Made by a program: the position numbers and the translations under genes
From: Saprospira sp. CCB-QB6
GTDB lineage: Bacteria; Bacteroidota; Bacteroidia; Chitinophagales; Saprospiraceae
Reading direction: 5' to 3'
DNA length: 64,000 nucleotides
Assembly (NCBI RefSeq): GCF_028464065.1
Contig: NZ_CP116808.1
Span: 943,886-1,007,885, forward strand
Shown: positions 9,812 through 19,336 of the stretch, one piece after another
How the letters are laid out: every line of letters begins with the position of its first letter
How positions within the stretch are numbered: the stretch's first letter is position 1
Notes under the pieces: model-generated
Told to the model about the DNA's origin: nothing
What the model saw: the letters and a program-made list of their open reading frames with translations, nothing else
Databases searched by the model: none

Positions 9812-10954
9812 ATGTCGGCACTATATATCCATATCCCCTTTTGCAAACAAGCCTGCCACTATTGCAATTTTCACTTCTCTACCTCCCTCAAATATAAGGG
9901 GCGTATGCTAGAAGCTATCGGTAAAGAATTAGTCCTGCAAAAGGATTACCTCCAAGGCGCCGAACTACAATCGGTCTATTTTGGCGGAGGAACTCCCTCC
10001 CTGCTCTCTGCCTCCGAAATTATGCAACTCTGGTCCATTATAGAAACACACTATAACTTGGGCCCCAATATGGAAGTAACCCTAGAGGCCAATCCCGACG
10101 ATATGAAGCTCGATAAACTTCGTAGCTATAAATTACATACCCCCATCAACCGACTGAGCATCGGCCTGCAATCCTTTTTGCCCGATGAACTAAGCTATAT
10201 GAATCGCGCCCATTCCGCAGAAGAAGCCGAAAACTGCCTCGCCAATGCCCTAGCCGTAGGCTTCGAACAACTTTCTGTCGACCTGATCTATGGCGGCCCC
10301 TTCCTCTCCAATGAAGACTGGCGCAAAGCAATTCGCAAACTTTTCGCCTTCCAAGTTCCCCATCTCTCCGCCTATGCCCTCACACTCGAACCCAATACGC
10401 CACTCGAACATCTAGTCCGCCGCAATAAATTGCCCGCCCTCGATGAAGAACGAGCCGCCCAACATTTCGAGATTCTCTTAGAAGAATGCATCTTGCACGA
10501 TTATGAGCAATACGAAATCTCCAACTTTTGCCGCAACCAACAGTACGCTAAACACAATTCTTCTTACTGGAAAGGCCGCCCCTACCTCGGCATCGGCCCC
10601 TCTGCCCATAGCTTCAATGGCCATAGCCGACAATGGAATGTCGCCAACAACATGAAGTATATCAATGCCCTAGAAGATAACCAACTCCTCTTCGAAATAG
10701 AAGAGCTCTCCCCCACTGAGCAATTTAATGAACTACTCATGACCCGCCTGCGCACAAAATGGGGACTCTCCCTACAAGAGGTGGAAAAACGCTGGGGCAA
10801 TAACTGTAAACAACAACTCCTCCGCCAAATTCAACCTTTTATTCAAGATCATTTGGCCCATATCCAAACCAATTATATCTACCTCACCGATGCAGGAAAG
10901 CTCCTCAGTGATCATATTCTAGCCGAGCTCTTTCTCGAAGATATTCCCGCCTAA
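9812..10954 (+). CDS. hemW: radical SAM heme chaperone HemW (coproporphyrinogen III oxidase-like)
   Basis: YIHIPFCKQACHYCNFHF is the CxxxCxxC radical-SAM motif, and the 380-aa HemN-like architecture is present. Confidence 0.8.
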   Translation: MSALYIHIPFCKQACHYCNFHFSTSLKYKGRMLEAIGKELVLQKDYLQGAELQSVYFGGGTPSLLSASEIMQLWSIIETHYNLGPNMEVTLEANPDDMKLDKLRSYKLHTPINRLSIGLQSFLPDELSYMNRAHSAEEAENCLANALAVGFEQLSVDLIYGGPFLSNEDWRKAIRKLFAFQVPHLSAYALTLEPNTPLEHLVRRNKLPALDEERAAQHFEILLEECILHDYEQYEISNFCRNQQYAKHNSSYWKGRPYLGIGPSAHSFNGHSRQWNVANNMKYINALEDNQLLFEIEELSPTEQFNELLMTRLRTKWGLSLQEVEKRWGNNCKQQLLRQIQPFIQDHLAHIQTNYIYLTDAGKLLSDHILAELFLEDIPA

Positions 10955-10971
10955 TACTTTCTTTTCTCTCG

Positions 10972-11135
10972 TTTTTTGGGGCTGCCCCTGCGGCCTTCGG
11001 CCTTGGGTCGGGCCATTGCGCAGCTCGCTGTTCGCTCGGCCCTGCGGCCTGACGGCCTTGGTCTGCCGCCTTCGGCGGCCCTGCTACAGCCCCTCAGCCG
11101 CGTCGCTGCGCTCCTTTGCAGCGGCTTTGCCGCTG
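10972..11135. repeat. REP/MITE-like GC-rich element, forward copy
   Basis: It starts TTTTTTGGGGCTGCCCC and contains CTGCTACAGCCCCTCAGCC. A terminator follows it. Confidence 0.7.
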
Positions 11136-11146
11136 CTCAAACGCAG

Positions 11147-11180
11147 AACGGACCGCCAAATACTTGGCGGTCCGTTTTTA
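11147..11180 (+). terminator. rho-independent terminator between two REP copies
   Basis: A 13-bp perfect stem AACGGACCGCCAA / TTGGCGGTCCGTT is followed by TTTTT. Confidence 0.7.
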
Positions 11181-11200
11181 TTTGGTCCAATTGGCGCCCT

Positions 11201-11338
11201 ACAGGCCCCAAAGGGGCCGAAGGCCTAGGGACCTGTAAGGGGGGCCGAAGGCCAGACCGAAGCCCGTAGGGCTGAAGGGCCGAGCAGAACTGCGAGCCCT
11301 GAAAGGGCCCGGCCGCCAAAGGCGGCAGGCCCCAAAAA
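11201..11338. repeat. REP/MITE-like element, reverse/variant copy
   Basis: It contains GGGCCGAGCAGAACTGCGAGC and ends GGCCCCAAAAAA. Confidence 0.6.
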
Positions 11339-11341
11339 ATA

Positions 11342-12790
11342 TTACTTCAACTGCGCTAAAGCATCCAGCAAATAAGCCCAAAACTTCTGTACTGAGCTGA
11401 TCTGTACTCGCTCATCGGGAGAATGCGCCCCGCGGATGTTGGGACCAAAAGAGATCATCTGCATTTTGGGGTAATGACGGCCCAAAATACCACACTCCAA
11501 GCCCGCATGACAAGCATTTACGTCGGGCTCCTCCTCAAAGCGATCAATAAAAAGTTGACGCATTTGGTCCACCAAACTAGAAGCGGGCAAAGGCTCCCAG
11601 CCCGGATAACTGCCCGACAACTGCGTGTCGGCCCCCAATAGGCCATACAACCCCTGAATGTTTTCGGCCAAAGCCCATTTCTCAGAATCTACCGAGCTGC
11701 GGCAAAGGCAAAGTACACTATACTCCCCATCTTTGATGAGCAAGCGAGCCAAATTATTTGAAGTTTGCACCAGCCCCTCAATCTCTGGGCTCATTCTGAA
11801 GATGCCGTTGGGAGTAGCCAAAACCGCCGCCAAAAGGGCCGCTTGTTCCGCTTCGCCCAACTTAATTTGGGGCAAAGCTACCACCTCAGCGGTCAAACTT
11901 AGGCCGGGATCTGTGCTGCTATATTCTGCCTTGAGTTCGGCCTCCAAAGCAGCTAGTTGTTCTCTGCATTGCGCCTCTTCTGCCTTGGGCAAAACGACAA
12001 TCGCCCAAGCCTCTCTGGGAATCGCATTGCGCAATCCGCCCCCATCAAATTGGGCTAAGGCCAAGGGATAAAGCGATCTTAACACACGGGCCAAAAGTAG
12101 GTTGGCATTGGCCAAGCCCTTAATAATATCCATACCCGAATGTCCACCACTCAAGCCTTTTAAGCTAATTTTCAGGGCCAGATCTTCCTCTTTGGCCAGG
12201 GCGCTAGGCACATAATTTCCCGCTACCGAAATATCTACACCACCTGCACAACCAATCGTCAACTCCTTATCATCCTCAGTATCTAGATTGAGCAAATAAT
12301 CCGATTTCAACCAATTGGGTCCCAAGCCCAAGGCACCAGTCATTCCCGTCTCTTCATCTACGGTAAAAAGGGCCTCCAAAGGAGGATGGGGAATATCGGT
12401 ACTGGCCAAAAGGGCCATAATAGCCGCTACGCCAATCCCATTATCTGCGCCCAAGGTCGTTCCCTTAGCCTTTACCCAATCGCCTTCTACATACATCTCA
12501 ATACCTTGACTAGCAAAATCGAACTCGGTATCGGCATTCTTCTGATGCACCATATCCAAATGGCTCTGCAAAAGGACCGTGGGGCGGTTTTCTAGGCCTG
12601 CAGTGGCTGGCTTTCGGACCAAAATATTTCCTACCTCATCCTCCTCGGCAACTAATCCCAAGTTGGAGATATAGCTCCGCATAAATGCACAAACCGCCTC
12701 CTCTTTTTTAGAGGGACGAGGCACTGCATTAAGCTGACTAAAGGCCTCCCATAATGCTTTAGGGGCCAATTCTGCTACTTTCTGACTCAT
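11342..12790 (-). CDS. pepD: aminoacyl-histidine dipeptidase (M20 family, PepD)
   Basis: HLDMVHQKNADTEFDF and the 482-aa length match cytosol non-specific dipeptidase. Confidence 0.8.
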   Translation of the reverse strand: MSQKVAELAPKALWEAFSQLNAVPRPSKKEEAVCAFMRSYISNLGLVAEEDEVGNILVRKPATAGLENRPTVLLQSHLDMVHQKNADTEFDFASQGIEMYVEGDWVKAKGTTLGADNGIGVAAIMALLASTDIPHPPLEALFTVDEETGMTGALGLGPNWLKSDYLLNLDTEDDKELTIGCAGGVDISVAGNYVPSALAKEEDLALKISLKGLSGGHSGMDIIKGLANANLLLARVLRSLYPLALAQFDGGGLRNAIPREAWAIVVLPKAEEAQCREQLAALEAELKAEYSSTDPGLSLTAEVVALPQIKLGEAEQAALLAAVLATPNGIFRMSPEIEGLVQTSNNLARLLIKDGEYSVLCLCRSSVDSEKWALAENIQGLYGLLGADTQLSGSYPGWEPLPASSLVDQMRQLFIDRFEEEPDVNACHAGLECGILGRHYPKMQMISFGPNIRGAHSPDERVQISSVQKFWAYLLDALAQLK

Positions 12791-12889
12791 GATTTTATCG
12801 TAATTTGTTAGGCCGAAAAGCTAATGAAAATTTAGATAAAGCCAAGGGATAAGTCCTATTTCTATCCAGCTTTTGCCTTTTATTTCAAG

Positions 12890-13260
12890 GAAGGGCTTTA
12901 GCTAGCCATCCTGAGGGGTTGCTCTACCCCTACCAAGGGGTTGCCTTAGCTATCCTGAGGGGTACTCTACCCCTCTCGAGGGGTTACTTTAGTCCTCAGG
13001 GGGATTCATGCCCCCCACAACTTTACTTAAAGAAGCCCTAAAAAGGACCTAAACGAGTCCTAGCGAGGACTAGGGGATAATCAAAAGAGGGCTTTGGCAA
13101 GCCTAAAGGTCATTTAGTCTATAGCAATCGAGGACTAGCCTAAGTCCATTGGAGAACTTAGTAAAATGAAAGCGAGGACTTGCCTAGGTCCTGCGGAGGA
13201 CTTAGGCAACATCAACTGAGGACCTACTAAAGTGCAACTGAGGGGGTAGAGCAGTCCAAA
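12890..13260. repeat. structured ORF-free region with tandem ~45-bp repeats (AGGGGT/ACCCCT palindromes) followed by several AGGACT/AGTCCT hairpins
   Basis: Direct repeats occur at 12898-12945 and 12944-12987. Hairpin-forming GAGGACT...AGTCCTC units occur at 13056-13215. The stretch 12791-13354 has no ORF. Confidence 0.5.
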
Positions 13261-13354
13261 TAGTGAATTATCAGCCTATTCAGTAGGCCCTAGCTAAAAG
13301 CCAGCTTCTTTTATTTCTAAGATAAAAAGCAGAACTTGGGCAAAAATCAGTCTT

Positions 13355-14629
13355 ATGCCACAGCTTATCCGCTTAATTTTCATCCTTTGTTTTCCCCTTT
13401 TAATGTATGCACAGCAGCCCTTGCGACTAGCTGACGATCAGCTAGAGCAGCTCGTTCCCTTAGCCGATGGGAGTTGGGCGTGGAAACCTTTTTTGGATTT
13501 GCCTTCAAGCAGCTTTAAAACGGTAGCGGCTCAGGGAAAAGATATTTGGGCCATTAGTCTGGCCAATGAGCTCTTACATTACCATCTAGAGAGGGGCTAT
13601 TGGGAAAACTTGGGTGTACGCAAAGAGATTCCGGCCCTCATTCAAACTAGTTTCATTTATAAGGGGCAACTTTACTTTCAGTCTGCGGCCCTACTATATC
13701 GCTTATCCCTAACAGGCAGTTATAACTTAGAGCTGAGCACAAGAGGGCTTCCCTTATTGCTGTCTAACTGGGTCTATCTGCCCAATCAGGGCCGTTTTTG
13801 GGCCATGCAATCTAGTGGTGCCCCCATCTTTTTTGAGCCTGAAAGTGGGTTAATCGAACGACCTAGAAAAACTTGGTTTAGAAACTTTGCTAGAGGACAA
13901 AGTCAGGCAGAAGGACAGCTTTGGCCTCTAGATGCGAAACATTTCTTATACTTTAGTATTGGCGGGCAAGAACTTTACCTGCTCAACTTTCCTGATTTTG
14001 AAGCCTATAAACTAGGTCCAGTAGACGGCATTCAGCCCAAAGGCCAAGCCCTTTCTATTGATGGGCCAAAATTAAGCAGCTTTCTACCAGCTACAGCTAG
14101 TCGCTTATATTGGAACAAGGGGTTGAGAGGGGGCCGCATCAATTGGTGGCAGCATCCTAGTCCAGAAATTGACCACTTTGAATTGGAGCGCAAAGCAACA
14201 GCAGCTTCTTCTTGGATAATTATGGGCAGTCTCAATGCTTATAATGCCCCGCATCAGGCGGGCTTTCATGCCCTAGACGATAGCCAAAAAAGGAGCAATG
14301 CCACTAGTTACCGCTTAGTTGCCGTTAATACATGGGGTCATAAGCGCTACCTACAGGAAATCTGCTTGGGGGCAGGCTGTCCTAAAGTTCAACTTGGTCC
14401 TAATATCCTCCGGGCAGGAGAAGATTTACGGCTCTATTTGCCTGCTTGGCAGGGGCAATGGCTCAAGATATCCTGGAAAAGCGGGGGGAAAGTCATTCAA
14501 AGCCAAGAAATCTATCTAGATTTCCCTACATATCAGTTAACTTTGCCCGGCCAAGCAACGGGTTACTATGAGTTGTCGGTAGAGAGTACCGAGGACTGTC
14601 AGCAGTTTCAGTTGTTTTATGGTTTTTAG
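13355..14629 (+). CDS. hypothetical secreted protein
   Basis: It has a signal peptide, MPQLIRLIFILCFPLLMYAQQ. Length is 424 aa. I recognise no family. Confidence 0.4.
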   Translation: MPQLIRLIFILCFPLLMYAQQPLRLADDQLEQLVPLADGSWAWKPFLDLPSSSFKTVAAQGKDIWAISLANELLHYHLERGYWENLGVRKEIPALIQTSFIYKGQLYFQSAALLYRLSLTGSYNLELSTRGLPLLLSNWVYLPNQGRFWAMQSSGAPIFFEPESGLIERPRKTWFRNFARGQSQAEGQLWPLDAKHFLYFSIGGQELYLLNFPDFEAYKLGPVDGIQPKGQALSIDGPKLSSFLPATASRLYWNKGLRGGRINWWQHPSPEIDHFELERKATAASSWIIMGSLNAYNAPHQAGFHALDDSQKRSNATSYRLVAVNTWGHKRYLQEICLGAGCPKVQLGPNILRAGEDLRLYLPAWQGQWLKISWKSGGKVIQSQEIYLDFPTYQLTLPGQATGYYELSVESTEDCQQFQLFYGF

Positions 14630-15929
14630 CGAAACAAAATCTAGATTATTGGATACGCAGCAAGAAAAAGCGCCCCTACTTTGGGCCCTAGCCGCTAGTT
14701 TGGGCAGTGGATTATTACTGGCCTTTAGCCTTTCTAACTATAGTTTGTTATTTACGGCCTTCTTTGCCTTTATCCCTTTATTGTGGCTAAGTAGAAAGCT
14801 GTCTTTTTGGCCCTTTGTCGGCTTTAGTATTTTGAGCAATCTCCTTACTTATGGCCTTTTGGCCAGCCCCCTATTCGAGACTGTCGAAAGCAGTACAGCC
14901 CTCTTTTCTTTAGGATTTATTAGCCTGTTATTTAGTATTCCTTGGGCTATGCTTTGGTTAATTCATCATCGGCATAATGCTAAATTGGGCTATTGGGCTT
15001 TTGTGAGTAGTTACTTGGCGCTTGAGTGGATGCAAGGGCAATTTAGTGGACATTGGGCGGGTTGGCAACTTGGTAGTTTGCCCTTACTCTTTGGCAATAT
15101 TTGGCAGGCTTTGGCCTTTGTGGGTACAGGTGGAGCTAGTTTGTGGATACTCAGCCTTAATATTCAACTTTTCCGCCTTATCTTTCCCGCTCAGCCCCAA
15201 AGCCGAAAAGGCGCTATTTGGGCGGGCATTCCGCTAGTTCTTCTCCCCTTTTTATTGAGTTTGTTTATTGGCCCTAGCCAAAAGGGAGAGTCGGGCAGTT
15301 TTACTTATCAATCTACTTATAAAAGCCAAACTGGCCGCTTACTTTTGGGCCAATTGCCCACAGAGGAGATTCCAGAAAACGCTCTTTATGCACAAGAAAA
15401 AGTCTTGAACAGTTGGGCCTATCAAGCCAATCAAGATAGCCTTAACAGCATCCGCTTCTGGCAAAAAGGAGAACGACAGGCCGTAAATGGTCAAGGCTTT
15501 CTAGTTCGGACCATATTAGGCCAAGAGCAGCGCTTTTTCCAGTTTCTCGATTGGCAGGGCTCTCGCCTGCTCCTCCTCAATGCCCAAAGTCTAAAACGCA
15601 CTGCTCCCATCCGAGAGGGCTTACAAAAAGGAGCACAAACTAGCCTAGCTTTTAGTCAAGACAGCAGCCTCTCTCCTATGTTGTACCGCTCGGCTCGTGC
15701 TCGAGCCCAAGAGAGTGGCAGCGATATTATTTTGGTCCAAAAAACGGCAGCTCATTACTTTGGCGCCAATGGAGCATACCAAAAACTAGAAGAGGGCCAA
15801 AGCTGTTCTCCTAAAATATGGAGCCCTACATTTTTTGCCCAATATGGCGATTTGCCCGGGCGATTGTCTATCTTTTTGGCGGCCTGGTTGGCCTTAGCCA
15901 GCATTGTCAAACCCTTCCGTAAGAAATAA
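14619..15929 (+). CDS. hypothetical polytopic membrane protein (overlaps upstream gene by 11 nt; operon)
   Basis: It has about 6 TM helices in the N-terminal half, with Lnt-like topology, but I see no clear CN-hydrolase motifs. Confidence 0.4.
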   Translation: MVFSETKSRLLDTQQEKAPLLWALAASLGSGLLLAFSLSNYSLLFTAFFAFIPLLWLSRKLSFWPFVGFSILSNLLTYGLLASPLFETVESSTALFSLGFISLLFSIPWAMLWLIHHRHNAKLGYWAFVSSYLALEWMQGQFSGHWAGWQLGSLPLLFGNIWQALAFVGTGGASLWILSLNIQLFRLIFPAQPQSRKGAIWAGIPLVLLPFLLSLFIGPSQKGESGSFTYQSTYKSQTGRLLLGQLPTEEIPENALYAQEKVLNSWAYQANQDSLNSIRFWQKGERQAVNGQGFLVRTILGQEQRFFQFLDWQGSRLLLLNAQSLKRTAPIREGLQKGAQTSLAFSQDSSLSPMLYRSARARAQESGSDIILVQKTAAHYFGANGAYQKLEEGQSCSPKIWSPTFFAQYGDLPGRLSIFLAAWLALASIVKPFRKK

Positions 15930-15940
15930 CAATATAGCTG

Positions 15941-16675
15941 ATGAGTATGAAAAACGAAGATTTAGAACTTGAGCAGGAGATCCTACAGGCAGAATATATG
16001 CAGGCTCAGCAACCTGCGCTTTTGGTCCTTTTGGCCCAAGGCATTTCTGTTGTATTCCACCCTTTTCTCATTTTGCTCTACGCCTTTGTCCTTTTGGCTT
16101 ATTGCAATCCCTTTTTGTTCCGAGTGAGTAGTTTTACTGCTGTCTTTGAAAATAAGGTTAATAGCATGCTTTTCATTTGGCTGGCTATTTTCTCTTTTGC
16201 GGTCCCCCTACTTACTGTCCTCATGATGCGAGCCCTCAATTTTGTTTCTTCTCTACAAATGCCTGGTCGCATGGAGCGCATTGGCCCCTATATCGTGGTG
16301 GGCCTATTATACATGGTCATCTTTGTCAATTTCAAGAACAACCCTGGCGTCCCTTTAGAGCTAACCGCCTTTGCTTTGGGCAGTACGATTGCTCTTTTCA
16401 TTTCCTTTTTCTTCAACCTATTTACCAAAATTAGCGTGCATACTACAGGCATGGGAGGGCTAATTGCCATGACGCTACTTGCTGTAAGCAGAAGCTATGA
16501 TGGCCAAGGCTATTTATTGGCGGTAGTGATTCTAATTGCAGGTTTGGTTGGTAGCGCTCGTTTGCTTCTTGGCGCTCACAAAACAAAAGAAATTTATGGA
16601 GGTTATGTATCAGGCTTTATGGGCCAAATGATTGCTTTCAATTATTTATTTGCCGTTGCCGCCGAGCAGATCTAA
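15941..16675 (+). CDS. PAP2-superfamily-like membrane protein (putative phosphatase)
   Basis: VHTTGMGG and SARLLLGAH resemble the PSGH and SRx5H motifs of PAP2. It has multiple TM helices. Confidence 0.35.
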   Translation: MSMKNEDLELEQEILQAEYMQAQQPALLVLLAQGISVVFHPFLILLYAFVLLAYCNPFLFRVSSFTAVFENKVNSMLFIWLAIFSFAVPLLTVLMMRALNFVSSLQMPGRMERIGPYIVVGLLYMVIFVNFKNNPGVPLELTAFALGSTIALFISFFFNLFTKISVHTTGMGGLIAMTLLAVSRSYDGQGYLLAVVILIAGLVGSARLLLGAHKTKEIYGGYVSGFMGQMIAFNYLFAVAAEQI

Positions 16676-16680
16676 GGTTT

Positions 16681-16865
16681 TTTGGGGCCTCCGCAGCTTC
16701 GCTGCGGCGCTACGTTTACATCGAACTGCTAAAGTCCTTGTTGTCACAGCTCGCTATTACTTGCTTCGCTGCGTCGGCTCCCGTTGGTCGGGTCGCTCGG
16801 CCCTGCGTCGCTTTCAGCGGCTGGGTCTAGCTACTGCTTCACATCGCTAGGCTGGTCATCCTCTA
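16681..16865. repeat. REP/MITE-like element (forward, type 2, with internal insertion)
   Basis: It starts TTTTTTGGGGCCTCCGCAGC and ends CTTCACATCGCTAGGCTGG. Confidence 0.7.
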
Positions 16866-16874
16866 GTTTTAGGC

Positions 16875-16910
16875 AAAAAAAGACCTCCAATTCTTGGAGG
16901 TCTTTTTTTT
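16875..16910. terminator. bidirectional rho-independent terminator
   Basis: AAAAAA-AGACCTCCAA-TTC-TTGGAGGTCT-TTTTTTT lies between convergent genes. Confidence 0.75.
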
Positions 16911-16924
16911 GCCCATTTTGTCAC

Positions 16925-18265
16925 CTAAAACTGATATTGCAACTGAATAGACAGGTCGTTATTATAAAACTTATGAGGTAATCTGCTCAATTGGATTTCT
17001 CCAGCTTCTTGCTCTAGCAACAAACATTCATCTTGAGGAATTTTGTTCTCTTCTAGCAATTCAGCAGAAAGCTCTTGATTGGCCTGATGTGCTTTTTGGC
17101 GGCTATTTTTGGCCAAATTAGCAAAAGCCAAATTACATTGTAGCCCCAGCTTGAGTTGTTCATTGAGTTGATAATGATAACCCAAAACAGCCGCTGAAGA
17201 CCAGCTATTAAAGCCTAAATCTGCAGGATTTCGTTTACCATTGCTCATTTGGATAGGCAAGAGATAGCTAACTTTAGCTCCCATTTGCAATTGATGCTTG
17301 GGCAACATCTTATAGTTGAGCAAAACGGGAAGTTCCAAAAATTCAAGGCGCTTGATGGCCTGAACTTGTTCCTCCTGCAGCTCTCCATTCCACTCCAGCA
17401 TCAACATTTCCCTTTGGCTACCAAGATTTTGCATGTTTTTATACTGTAGGCCTGCTTCAAGAGCAAACTGTGCATCTAGTTCTTTGTGGAGTTGCAGCCC
17501 CGCTTGTACGCCTAAGGCTTCTCCTTGTACATTAAGCCCCAAATTAGCCGATAGCTGGAGTTTTTCACCACTTTTACGGTAGCGATCCAAAACAATCATG
17601 GGCGTATCCACTACTGGCTGTTGGCTATGGCGGAGTTGTTGTTGAAAACTACCTTTCTTAAGAAAAGATAAGTTCTCTAAGCGCTGAATCTCGCGTAATT
17701 GCTCAGCCTTTGCTCGGCTACTTGCCGAATAAACATAGCGAGTGGGCAAAATAGTTTGCTTCACTTCTGGATGTTTATTTTGGACCTTTTCTTCCACTGA
17801 AGGAGCTTCTTTTTGCTTCATAGAAACAATAGCCTCGGATTTTGGTGCTGGCATCGCAAGCATGTCCGATTCAATTGTTTTGCTAGGGGGTGGAGTTGTT
17901 ATGGCCGCTTTAGCTAGGGGAAGGACTTGCTGACTTTCTGGCAAATCTTTCTCCTCTAACTCTTCGAGTTGAATCATTTGGCGTTTAGGGGCTGTTTGTA
18001 GCAGCTCTTCCTCTTGAGCCATGCTTTTCTCAAAGCCTAAAAAGGGAAGGCAATACTGATAGGCCAAAACGCCTGCTCCACTAGCCAAGACAAAAGCGCC
18101 CATAACCAACCAATTGCTCCAGGCAGAGCCACCTTTGGCCCCAGTCAGCTGGATTTGGTCGAGCCGTTTGTCCATATCCTCCCAAGCAGCAGAAGGCATC
18201 TCAAACTGATGGCCTTCTAACTGAGAGCGAATAAAATCATCATCTTGTTCGTAAAACTGCTTCAT
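16925..18265 (-). CDS. anti-sigma-factor-like membrane protein with C-terminal putative beta-barrel domain
   Basis: It lies immediately downstream of the ECF sigma gene. It has a single TM (WLVMGAFVLASGAGVLAY) and a C-terminal region of alternating hydrophobic strands. Confidence 0.45.
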   Translation of the reverse strand: MKQFYEQDDDFIRSQLEGHQFEMPSAAWEDMDKRLDQIQLTGAKGGSAWSNWLVMGAFVLASGAGVLAYQYCLPFLGFEKSMAQEEELLQTAPKRQMIQLEELEEKDLPESQQVLPLAKAAITTPPPSKTIESDMLAMPAPKSEAIVSMKQKEAPSVEEKVQNKHPEVKQTILPTRYVYSASSRAKAEQLREIQRLENLSFLKKGSFQQQLRHSQQPVVDTPMIVLDRYRKSGEKLQLSANLGLNVQGEALGVQAGLQLHKELDAQFALEAGLQYKNMQNLGSQREMLMLEWNGELQEEQVQAIKRLEFLELPVLLNYKMLPKHQLQMGAKVSYLLPIQMSNGKRNPADLGFNSWSSAAVLGYHYQLNEQLKLGLQCNLAFANLAKNSRQKAHQANQELSAELLEENKIPQDECLLLEQEAGEIQLSRLPHKFYNNDLSIQLQYQF

Positions 18266-18323
18266 TTGCTAAAGCGATTTATTTTGGGTGGTTCATAATG
18301 TTTGTACAAAAAAAAGGGCCAAA

Positions 18324-18905
18324 TTAGGGGGCAGCCTCGTAGCGTTTTTGTTGCTCGAGCAAGGCGCGCAGTTCTTTGCGTGCATTGGCTAGGTGCCATT
18401 TGGAAGTCCCTACCGAAATGCCTAGCATATCGGCAATTTCTTTGTGCTTATAGCCATCTACTACATAGAGGTTAAAGACGCTACGGCTAGCATTGGGAAG
18501 GCGCTGAATTAAGCGGTAGAGATCCTCGGCCTGCAATTGTTGCAAGCTACCGTTATGTACGGCCCCATCTCTTTCTATATTATAGTTGATAACCTGTTTG
18601 TATTTGGTGTTTCGGCGAACGTGGTCGATAGCACTATTAAAGACAATCTTGGCAATCCAACCTGCAAGGTTGTTGCTATCTTGGTACTTATCTAAAGAGG
18701 TAAACACCTTGAGAAAAGAGGTGTTAAGAATGTCTAGCGCCTCCTCCTGGTTCTTGGTATAACGCATAGCAATGCCATACATTCGTCCGTAGTACTTTTC
18801 ATACAAATGCTTTTGGGCCAATCGGTCGCCTTTGCGGCAGCCTTGGATGAGCTCATTATCTGTACTTTTGTTAGAATATCTCATGCAATGAATTGCTTTT
18901 GGCAA
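18324..18905 (-). CDS. ECF-type RNA polymerase sigma-70 factor
   Basis: Region 2 is LAQKHLYEKYYGRMYGIAMRYT. Region 4 is an HTH, EIADMLGISVGTSKWHLANARKEL. Confidence 0.8.
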   Translation of the reverse strand: MPKAIHCMRYSNKSTDNELIQGCRKGDRLAQKHLYEKYYGRMYGIAMRYTKNQEEALDILNTSFLKVFTSLDKYQDSNNLAGWIAKIVFNSAIDHVRRNTKYKQVINYNIERDGAVHNGSLQQLQAEDLYRLIQRLPNASRSVFNLYVVDGYKHKEIADMLGISVGTSKWHLANARKELRALLEQQKRYEAAP

Positions 18906-19147
18906 GGTGATTTTTTGACCAAAGATGCAAGAATTGCAAGTTTTGGTCTTCTTAGGGGGGAGTGAGAATGAATTTTTGCCCTATTTTAGAGCCCTTCTCA
19001 TTAAGTAGTAGAATTTGCGCTATAACGTTCTTTTTTATAAAATTTACAATAGACAGCCCCTTGGTGGCCATTTTGTTTAAGAACGAAAGCTATTCTTTAA
19101 TGGTTGGTGATGAATGCTTTATTTTTTTAGAACTTACTTTGGGCTAG

Positions 19148-19278
19148 GCGTCTTTGGCCTAGCGATGTGCAGCAGTGGCCCGCAGGGCCAGACCAAGGCG
19201 GCAAAGCCGCTGTGCAGGGCCGAGCGAAGAGCGAGCTGCGAAACGTAGCGCCTGCCGCAGGCAGGAGGCCCCAAAAAA
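19148..19278. repeat. REP/MITE-like element (reverse, type 2)
   Basis: It has GGCCTAGCGATGTGCAGCAG and ends GGAGGCCCCAAAAAAA. Confidence 0.75.
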
Positions 19279-19336
19279 ATAGAATTAACCTCCTTTTGAA
19301 GCTCTTTATCCAACGCCTATCTATATAAATTAGTCT

